DNA of 64,000 bases from NCBI GenBank assembly GCA_965204375.1, contig OZ241986.1:3584001-3648000 (forward strand), read 5' to 3'. Numbering within the stretch: the stretch's first letter is position 1; the number at the start of each line of letters is the position of its first letter. A program made the position numbers and the translations under genes. Origin of the DNA: Candidatus Latescibacterota bacterium. GTDB taxonomy: Bacteria; Latescibacterota; UBA2968. This document shows, piece after piece, positions 9,725-17,243 of this stretch. The notes under the pieces are model-generated. The model was not told the DNA's origin and made no database searches. It saw only the letters and a list, made by a program, of their open reading frames with translations.

Positions 9725-10729
9725 CTAAAATTTTTCGCTTTCTTTCAGCATCACAAGTTTACTTACCCGATCAATTTCTCGCTCCTTGGCCGCCTTCAAA
9801 TTGCGGAGCATAACTGACGTTTCAGATATGCAGGTGTCAAGAGCAATCTTCCAGTCCGTGCAAGGAATATTTTCAACATACGACAATGATTGTCGATAAT
9901 AATCTATGGAATAATCGAGAATTTCTTCTGCCAGCCCTGTAAAATAAATCATGCGTGCCAGTTCTTCCAGAGTAATAGATTCTAATTTTTTTTTCAGTCC
10001 CTTTCTTTCAATGATTTGAGACAAAAGATACGAATATCTTCCAGCCAAAAAATCTATGCGCCAATCTTTAAGATCATCACGAAACTGTAGTCCTGTAAAA
10101 AAAGCATCTAAGGATTTTTCAAAGGGCCGGATCAGATCGGGGGAATGAGATAAACAGGCTAGAGCAGTTGTCGCCATTTGGGCGGTAGAGGCTTTATCTG
10201 AGGCAATTTTAAACGCCTCATCCAAAGAATAAGAAGTGGGATTATTCCATTTTGTTCTTTCTTCTAATGTTGCAGTAATAACGCGCCGTTGGTACTTTTT
10301 GGCAAAGACCCAAAAATCCGAACTTTTTGAAAATAAATCATTTAGCAACACATACGCATGATCCCTTAAAAGTGAAACTAAAAAATAGGCATCTACTTTA
10401 AGTGCTTCTTGCTCATCAAAAATATCGTCCATATACATTGTATAGAGATATATTGATCTATTAGCAAAATATAATTTCTTATGCGTATCTTCATCTAAAA
10501 CAAATGCCTGTGAGAACAGATATGTAAAGGAAGTATATATATCATTACCCAAAAATATGGGATCTTGTAAAGCCGTCTCCAAGTTATACTCTTCACAAAT
10601 CTGCGATATGAATTGATAAAATTCTACTTCGGATTTTTTAATAGATATATCGTCCTGAAGGCCAAAATTCAATGAAGAAATTTCATCCTCCAGAGACTCA
10701 AATGGGTCTAATGGTAAATGCTTATCCAT
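9725..10729 (-). CDS. Class I isoprenoid-synthase / prenyltransferase-fold protein (ComQ-like candidate peptide prenyltransferase)
   Basis: Two aspartate-rich motifs MDDIFD and QFRDDLKDW; all-alpha character. Confidence 0.72.
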   Translation of the reverse strand: MDKHLPLDPFESLEDEISSLNFGLQDDISIKKSEVEFYQFISQICEEYNLETALQDPIFLGNDIYTSFTYLFSQAFVLDEDTHKKLYFANRSIYLYTMYMDDIFDEQEALKVDAYFLVSLLRDHAYVLLNDLFSKSSDFWVFAKKYQRRVITATLEERTKWNNPTSYSLDEAFKIASDKASTAQMATTALACLSHSPDLIRPFEKSLDAFFTGLQFRDDLKDWRIDFLAGRYSYLLSQIIERKGLKKKLESITLEELARMIYFTGLAEEILDYSIDYYRQSLSYVENIPCTDWKIALDTCISETSVMLRNLKAAKEREIDRVSKLVMLKESEKF

Positions 10730-10804
10730 ATAAAGGTCCTTGGTGAAAACTCCGAAAGAGATGGGTTTGCTTGCTGCATCGGGTAGTCAAGCCATAGTTA
10801 TTCT

Positions 10805-13228
10805 TCAATTGAGCCGTGCAAAACTAGCCCGTATTGAAAACCCATCCTCGTCCAGCCTTTTGGTCGCGTCAATGCGTATCAAGTGATATATGTTTAAAGA
10901 GATACCGGCTTCGTGATAGAATTTGTCGAGGACATGGGGATCATATTGCAGGGTGTCTAATTTCTCTTTTGATATCCAAGTTCGCCCCGATCCACCATAT
11001 AGTATGACCTCAAAGCCATTTCTAGCCAAATATTCCATATTGAAAATTTCAAAGGGTGCAGAGCGAAAATTGTGCTGCCAGTAAACACCGAAATATTTTT
11101 CGCCTTCATAAGGATAGCCACCTAAATGCTTGAAAGTGCCAAATGAGGTGAAGGGACGCCAAACATCCAAAACGCCGAAACGCTGTACGGGTAAATCACC
11201 CGTAAAAGTTCCAGCCGTAACGCGAACATCTAAAACATTGGGTACTGCACGACGCTTCAAGAATGTTTCAATACGCCAATCAAAACCCAAATCGTATTTG
11301 ACATAAGAGAAATCGCTTTTTAAGAGATCTAAAGAACCCCATTCAACCCAAGCAGTTGCACACTTATAACGAGACTCTCGAAAGCGAAATCTGAAATCAA
11401 TATAACGAAGCCGACCTTCATCAATGGGTGGATTTATGCGTTGGCTTATATCTCTTCCCAGAATGTTGAAATCCGTCTGTTTGCTCAACAAAGAGTGCTT
11501 TTCATCATGGAATCCCAAAGACAATCTCCCTTTTCCCCGCGAAAATCGCTGTGTAATATCAAAATTCGCAGATTTGCGCCAATAATAATCGTAGTAATCG
11601 TCCAATCCCAGTAGGGTAAAGCCACTTTGCAAAGCAACGTCGGTCAAATTGCCAAGACCGTAATTGAGATTGCCAGAACCGTAATGATAAGAATGATACC
11701 GTTCGGCGATAGCGGTTTGATGATAAAATCGTAGTTCACCGACATTCCTTGTTCCCCTACCCCATCCATACCGGAATCTAATAAGATAAGGCCTGTAGGA
11801 GAGGCCCTGAGAATATTCTCCTCCCAAGTCCAATCCATATCGTCTTCCCGTAGCTTGATTGAGCAGTGCTGAGTAAATGATCATATTCACTCTCGCCATG
11901 CTTACACGATTATAGCCTCCCGGATTAATACGCCACCCAAAAATAGGTCTCCATCCCTTGCGTCTCTGAGATTTTTTTGCAGATTTTAACGACTCTAAGC
12001 TCATTTGAGTCCAACGCGCTATCGGACCAGAAGGCGGGAATGCCTTGCGAATAGTCAATTTTTCATCAATTTCACGATATGCTTTTTTTTCCCTTGCGCT
12101 ATTAGGAAATCTTGTGAACAAGCTGTCCCTCCGAATCGAAACAGAATCAACTGAAACAATCTGGTTTTGCTCGAAAATTGACGTGGAAAGTTTTTTGTTT
12201 ACCTCGAAATTGTTTAACTGTGTAATGACCGTTATTTTGCCTTTGGGAATCTTTAGTACCCCAGGTATTGATACCCTCCCTTCAATCTGCAGGTGAAAAT
12301 CAATGGGCAACCACACATCGTCGCCAAATCTCTGAAACTGTTGGAGAAAGGAGACTTGTACCCCCCTGACAAAGGAAACGAACGAAAATACAATCGGACT
12401 AGGGTTTACTTCTGCGCGTAAGATTACAAAGGCTTCATCTAAAACAAATACCCGGCCCATAAAAGCTGGTTGGAGTTTGGTCTTAGGACGCAGGGATATT
12501 TCATAGATAGTCTGTCCACCATTGTATTGTTGCTCACGCAACTCAAAACGGTAAAAATCGAGTGCGTCTGGATGTGTAGGACCAATAATACGGTTTCCCG
12601 CGAAAACAATCTCATCATCATAAATGTTGGGCAGCGATTTGAGAGCTTTAAAAACTGAATATGTATATAACCATTCTGGCACGTTTTTGGTATGGCGTTT
12701 AGACACAATAAACTCGCGAAAACCCCGATCGCGATCCCAATGAATTTCAGACACCAGATCTCCTATCCCAACAATACGCGCTTCATTTTCAACATTTTCA
12801 GCGACTTGCCGCGTATATGCCATCGCCTTAAAACGCTTCAGCTTTGGACGCCATTGACCCTTTTTCTCAATGACTTTTTGCATAATTGCCGATCCCATAT
12901 CAGACGTTACAACAATTTCCTCAAACGGGTATGCCACAGGCTGCATTTTGATGGACAGAACCTCAGCAGCCTCATTCACGAAAACCTTCTGATCAGCATA
13001 TCCAATATGCGTAATAAGCAACGTGACAGGTAATCCTGAGACCTCGAGCACAAATACACCGTCTTCATTAGATATCGTTGCAAAAAATGTATCCTTAGCT
13101 CTAATATTGGCAGTCGCTAATGGCTGCCTGCTATCCGCATCGACAATTTTACCGGAGATCATAACTTGACCATTTGCACTTTCACAAAATACAAGGAAGA
13201 TATACGCCACTATAATGAAAATCCTCAT
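10805..13228 (-). CDS. Outer-membrane protein with carboxypeptidase-like regulatory N-domain (DUF5686-like)
   Basis: Signal peptide; ISGKIVDADSRQPL...SNEDGVF...HIGY N-terminal domain; beta-rich C-terminal half. Confidence 0.75.
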   Translation of the reverse strand: MRIFIIVAYIFLVFCESANGQVMISGKIVDADSRQPLATANIRAKDTFFATISNEDGVFVLEVSGLPVTLLITHIGYADQKVFVNEAAEVLSIKMQPVAYPFEEIVVTSDMGSAIMQKVIEKKGQWRPKLKRFKAMAYTRQVAENVENEARIVGIGDLVSEIHWDRDRGFREFIVSKRHTKNVPEWLYTYSVFKALKSLPNIYDDEIVFAGNRIIGPTHPDALDFYRFELREQQYNGGQTIYEISLRPKTKLQPAFMGRVFVLDEAFVILRAEVNPSPIVFSFVSFVRGVQVSFLQQFQRFGDDVWLPIDFHLQIEGRVSIPGVLKIPKGKITVITQLNNFEVNKKLSTSIFEQNQIVSVDSVSIRRDSLFTRFPNSAREKKAYREIDEKLTIRKAFPPSGPIARWTQMSLESLKSAKKSQRRKGWRPIFGWRINPGGYNRVSMARVNMIIYSALLNQATGRRYGLDLGGEYSQGLSYRPYLIRFRYGWGRGTRNVGELRFYHQTAIAERYHSYHYGSGNLNYGLGNLTDVALQSGFTLLGLDDYYDYYWRKSANFDITQRFSRGKGRLSLGFHDEKHSLLSKQTDFNILGRDISQRINPPIDEGRLRYIDFRFRFRESRYKCATAWVEWGSLDLLKSDFSYVKYDLGFDWRIETFLKRRAVPNVLDVRVTAGTFTGDLPVQRFGVLDVWRPFTSFGTFKHLGGYPYEGEKYFGVYWQHNFRSAPFEIFNMEYLARNGFEVILYGGSGRTWISKEKLDTLQYDPHVLDKFYHEAGISLNIYHLIRIDATKRLDEDGFSIRASFARLN

Positions 13229-13280
13229 AGCATCCCCAATATCTCTGATAGAATCTCTAAATTCTGTCTCTCTTGCAATG

Positions 13281-13313
13281 AAAACTACCTGCTTGCAATA
13301 GGCAAGCAGGTAG
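13281..13313 (-). terminator. Stem-loop / terminator downstream of precursor gene
   Basis: ctacctgcttgc (13285-13296) pairs with gcaagcaggtag (13302-13313); UUUU follows on the minus strand. Confidence 0.7.
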
Positions 13314-13449
13314 ACAGGCCAATACTGTAATTAAAGTTTTTTTTACTCTCAGAACCGAAGTCGTCAACTTCACTAACTATGCACTTTGAAACGAGGCAGT
13401 GGATTGCTGGTTATTTGCCTTCTACAAAAGCATTCTCAGGTACTATTAC

Positions 13450-13701
13450 CTAAGAGCCATCATCATCACTACCATCATCACTACCATCATCACTACCATC
13501 ATCATCATTATTATTATTTTCTATACCACAACCATTGTCAGCATCATCGCATCCGATGTTGATGTAGCATGCTGTAAAAGGAGACATTTCGAGTCTTTCT
13601 TCAAGAACATCAACGGCCAGATCCTCATACAGTTCAGGATATGAGATAATATGTGCTTTGAGATCGGTTTCCGAAGAAATTTGGGAAGAAAATTTATCCA
13701 T
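13450..13701 (-). CDS. Putative RiPP precursor peptide (cluster 1), 83 aa
   Basis: Strong SD AAGGAGG; lies right after the rSAM; leader ending DVLEERLEM; core SPFTACYINIGCDDADNGCG and (DDGS)n tail. Confidence 0.78.
   Translation of the reverse strand: MDKFSSQISSETDLKAHIISYPELYEDLAVDVLEERLEMSPFTACYINIGCDDADNGCGIENNNNDDDGSDDGSDDGSDDDGS
13455..13516 (-). repeat. Coding microsatellite: 12-bp accatcatcact units plus tca/tta triplets (NNNN-DDDGS-DDGS-DDGS-DDDGS)
   Basis: Direct reading of the sequence. Confidence 0.8.
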
Positions 13702-13803
13702 GATACTACCCTCCTTAATTAAAGGTTACTTGATTAAAGACTTATATAGATGACATCATTGTTGATACTGGCATCAAAACATAGTATCTCCTTTCTTGAA
13801 AAT

Positions 13804-15561
13804 TTATACACTTTGTAAGGTCTGTTGTTTACACTCCTCAAATATCTCAGGCACAATCGTATGAAAAACTCTGGGATACTCATCGCAATAGGATGTCTTG
13901 ATATTGCCGTTATTCTTTACATAAGCATGTGCAGCACACCCACCGCCGCAAAAGAAAGCATATTTGCACTTACTACAAGATGGTACATTGGAAATATTCC
14001 GATCATACCACTCTGATAAACGTTTATCATTGAATTCAACTTTATCTACAAAACTTCCAACTTTATACCGCTCTACCCCCACTAAGTCCCAGCACGTATA
14101 GAGATCTCCATAAGGATCAAAGATCAACATATTGGTCTGTGCACCACAGAAAACAGGCTTGAAACTCAACAGTCCCTTGCCCTCAAAAGCCTTCTTGAAG
14201 GTCTGTCTAATGCCATAGTCCTGGCAAGAAATTTGATGCATCATGTCGGGGTTTTCTTTTGCAAACTGATAGTATTTGCGCGTGAATTCTCTTCTTGGTA
14301 TCACTGAAATTTCGCCGTTTTGAGGCTGGTTTGATTCCATCTCTTGAGATATTTTTTCCTGGTTAATTGGATGTGTACCGTTTTGGTAGTTCAAGAAAAT
14401 TTCTTCCTCTCGTTCTACATCTATGTATTGCTCTTCATCTATGAGCATTTCAGAAGCGGTGTGCAACTGTGCCTGGAGTTCAAGTTTCTCAGAAGTTTTC
14501 TGTTTTTTACTCTCACTGAAGGATATGACAGAGGCAACAGACTCGGCGGATCCGAAATCTGCTGCTGGTGCTTCAATTGAAATAAGAGGGGCTGTTTGAC
14601 CATAATTGCCTGGCGTCTTTTTACCGGACATTGTAGCACTACACGACATGCCCTCTTCAACCTGATGTACCAAAGCAGAATAGGCTGAAAATTTTGGATA
14701 CTCTGTAAATCCTCTATCTTTGAACAAATCAAATAATGCAGGCAAAATATCCACATTGTCGTAATCTGTATTGATCCGCATTGAAATCTGCACATCAAGC
14801 GACAGGGCAAGTGCCACATTTTTTATTATGGCGTCAAAGCTATCTCTCGCACGATAATGTGGACGCTTGCGATTGTGATTTTCTTCTTCGCCATCTAAGG
14901 TGATCTGAAGACGCCCGATTTTTTTCGGACTTAATAGGTCTGTGAAATGGTGGAGGTCATATCCATTTGTAATGGCTTTAAAAGTGTAACCGCGTTTCAA
15001 ACCTTCATCTACGATATACTTCACGATCTCTTTATTTTTGGCCAATAAAGGCTCTCCACCATATAGAGTAATGTTTTTGCTATGCATGGCTTTATTGGGC
15101 TGGATTTCACACATTGCTTGGTATGCACGGTCAACCATTTCTTTTGTAAATACCTGCTTTGACCAACCCCTTCCATAATCTGAAATGCCATTTTCAAAAC
15201 AATAGGGACAGCGGAAGTTACAATCATAGGCCACCAAGAAAAGGAAAGATGCGGCACTGTGGCTTGCGGTATGATGAAGAAAGTTCGCCATGCTATGCAC
15301 GTATTCTCGTTCTTCCACAGGTGAACGGCTAGTCATATAGCCCCGCTTCATCAATGTATGGATCGTCTCTTTTGAACAAGGCAGTTGATCAAACATATCT
15401 TCAGAGATAACAATCCGACTCTTTATCATCCGAGCAACTTCTTTATTCACTCTATCTATTGCGCCCGTATATCCGTGAACGAGCAGAGAGTGATTTGGAT
15501 CTTCAGGCAAATTGACACAAATTGTATAGGATGATACGCGATATAACTCTGAACTTGCCAT
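13804..15561 (-). CDS. Radical SAM / SPASM-domain peptide maturase
   Basis: CNFRCPYC, YGGEPLL, ITNG, QITLDG; SPASM FCGA...GDLYTCW...CSKCKYAFFCGGGC...C. Confidence 0.92.
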   Translation of the reverse strand: MASSELYRVSSYTICVNLPEDPNHSLLVHGYTGAIDRVNKEVARMIKSRIVISEDMFDQLPCSKETIHTLMKRGYMTSRSPVEEREYVHSMANFLHHTASHSAASFLFLVAYDCNFRCPYCFENGISDYGRGWSKQVFTKEMVDRAYQAMCEIQPNKAMHSKNITLYGGEPLLAKNKEIVKYIVDEGLKRGYTFKAITNGYDLHHFTDLLSPKKIGRLQITLDGEEENHNRKRPHYRARDSFDAIIKNVALALSLDVQISMRINTDYDNVDILPALFDLFKDRGFTEYPKFSAYSALVHQVEEGMSCSATMSGKKTPGNYGQTAPLISIEAPAADFGSAESVASVISFSESKKQKTSEKLELQAQLHTASEMLIDEEQYIDVEREEEIFLNYQNGTHPINQEKISQEMESNQPQNGEISVIPRREFTRKYYQFAKENPDMMHQISCQDYGIRQTFKKAFEGKGLLSFKPVFCGAQTNMLIFDPYGDLYTCWDLVGVERYKVGSFVDKVEFNDKRLSEWYDRNISNVPSCSKCKYAFFCGGGCAAHAYVKNNGNIKTSYCDEYPRVFHTIVPEIFEECKQQTLQSV

Positions 15562-15726
15562 TAAAAGACCTCCCTTGGTGTATGGGCATTACACTTGTAT
15601 TTATATGCTTATCTTACCTAATCGCCTATCACTATGAAAAATGGATGGCGTAGGATGCTTGTTCTGCACTACCACTAAAATGGAGCAACTCCAAATGATT
15701 CCACACATAGAAGAGTTAGAGGGGAG

Positions 15727-15755
15727 TTGACAACCCATCGATCAAAAGATATCTT
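15727..15755 (+). promoter_or_regulatory. sigma70-type promoter pointing into a structured intergenic segment
   Basis: TTGACA (15727-15732) - 17 nt - TATCTT (15750-15755). Confidence 0.6.
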
Positions 15756-15760
15756 AAACC

Positions 15761-15854
15761 ATTCAAGCTCACATTCCCAAATGCTTGAGCTTTGAACTGC
15801 TGTTGCAGTCTGCCGCCGACACTCGACTTGCCAGAGTCTGTCGGCGGCTTTTTT
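15761..15854 (+). ncRNA. Candidate small structured RNA (~94 nt)
   Basis: Follows the promoter; hairpins ttcaagctca/tgagctttgaa, actgc/gcagt and gccgccgaca (15812-15821)/tgtcggcggc (15839-15848) followed by T6. Confidence 0.45.
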
Positions 15855-15908
15855 GTGATGTGAATGATAATATGATTGCCCCTATAGTTTCAAGCCCAAA
15901 AGTTTGTC

Positions 15909-16616
15909 CTAATCTGCAAAATTTGTTCCAGTTGCTACTTTTTTTCGATATATTGTCGGACTAACTCCATACTTCTCTTTGAAAATCTTGCTAAAAGTCG
16001 ATAAAGATCCAAATCCACACAGGTAAGCAATTTCCGAAAGGGTATATGATGTGTTCTTCAACGCTTCCTCAGCCTTTGTTAGGCGTACATTCCGAAGGCA
16101 CATCCTGAATGGCATTCCCAGGTGCTTTTTAAATAATTTATGTCCATAGCTTTCCGAGAACCTGAAATGACGCATGATATCTTCAAATCTCAGCTTTGGA
16201 TTGCTGTAATTCGCCTCCAAAAATGATTCCAACCAACTCTTCCAAATATCTTGTAGAGGCATATATTTTTTGACCTTCGCCAAAAACACATCTTTCTTGA
16301 TGGGTTTATCAAATACACTCGCTGCACCAGCCTTGATCGCTTCCGCGCCCAATTCCATTTTTCCCAAACTTGTCATGATCAGTATAGTTGTCTGAATTTT
16401 TTCCGCCTTCACACGCTTCAATAGTGTCATACCATCCATACCCTTTATCTTCATCTCAACGACAGCAAGGCCGATCTCCTCTTTTCTTAAAATTTCAAGG
16501 CCTTCTATCCCGTTTCTCGCCGCGAATACTTCATAAAGTTCATCTCTCAAGAATCCTACAAGTTCTGATATTACAAATGGTTCATCATCTACAATCAAAA
16601 TTTGCTGCTTGTCCAT
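15909..16616 (-). CDS. Response regulator: receiver + AraC-type HTH (atypical receiver)
   Basis: ILIVDDE, GMDG, KP receiver motifs; C-terminal LSEIAYLCGFGSLSTFSKIFKEKYGVSP; acceptor position reads VVE rather than D. Confidence 0.88.
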   Translation of the reverse strand: MDKQQILIVDDEPFVISELVGFLRDELYEVFAARNGIEGLEILRKEEIGLAVVEMKIKGMDGMTLLKRVKAEKIQTTILIMTSLGKMELGAEAIKAGAASVFDKPIKKDVFLAKVKKYMPLQDIWKSWLESFLEANYSNPKLRFEDIMRHFRFSESYGHKLFKKHLGMPFRMCLRNVRLTKAEEALKNTSYTLSEIAYLCGFGSLSTFSKIFKEKYGVSPTIYRKKVATGTNFAD

Positions 16617-16929
16617 TGACCCTCCTTTAGCAATGGTTGAGTTTACGATTTTACTCTGCTAATAAGTATTTATTTTAATAATTTAGATTAATACGAATTA
16701 TCAGGTCACAATAGATTGATCAAATTGGCGGAATCCGATCAGCATCTTACAACCTCGACGTAAAATCAAAGGCTCTTGAGAAGCCAGTAGCGAAGCCTTA
16801 ACAGAAAAAGCCCAACGGTTTAGTGGAGACCGTTAGGCTCCAAATTGAAATGTGATTTTCTATGTTCGTGGGTTTAGCGAAAACGCGATACAAGTCCTTA
16901 TACGGATACTCTCTTCTAAAAATGCGGTT

Positions 16930-16985
16930 GACCAGGCAATGGCCGTACATCTGAAGCCCCAACTGGTCCTAGATGCTTTGGATTA
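16930..16985 (+). pseudogene. Short IS3-family transposase remnant
   Basis: Translates AMAVHLKPQLVLDALD, matching the rve segment W-x-M-x-x-H-x-x-x-x-L-V-L-D-A-L of IS3 transposases. Confidence 0.4.
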
Positions 16986-17005
16986 TGATATATCCAATTT
17001 TGTTC

Positions 17006-17233
17006 TTAGCGGAGCTTACTGGCGTAGTCTTTTCTTACACAACGATTGATGAAGCTGTTCAGACCCTCGCCTGCAATAGCCAATCGCTTCATGTGCTCAA
17101 TATTAGCACTACCCGCACTCTGATACGTATAGAGATAGATGGATCCATCACTAAACATCACCGTGATGGAGTCAGATCCTATCTCGTAAGCTACGACTCC
17201 AGAATCCCCGCCTCTGTTTCTATAGCGTTCCAT
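17006..17233 (-). CDS. Small conserved hypothetical protein, KTSC-like
   Basis: MERYRNRGGDSGVVAYEIG...F.DGS.Y.Y...G.GLNSFI; ATG 10 bp after the patatin stop. Confidence 0.7.
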   Translation of the reverse strand: MERYRNRGGDSGVVAYEIGSDSITVMFSDGSIYLYTYQSAGSANIEHMKRLAIAGEGLNSFINRCVRKDYASKLR

Positions 17234-17243
17234 ATATTCATCC

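Noticed and set aside
13340-13449. Possible second precursor or read-through after the precursor 1 stop (…HCLVSKC…)
   Set aside because: Interrupted by a second in-frame stop and has no start or SD.
13399-13644. + strand ORF with poly-Ile/Thr
   Set aside because: Reverse reading of the precursor microsatellite; no SD.
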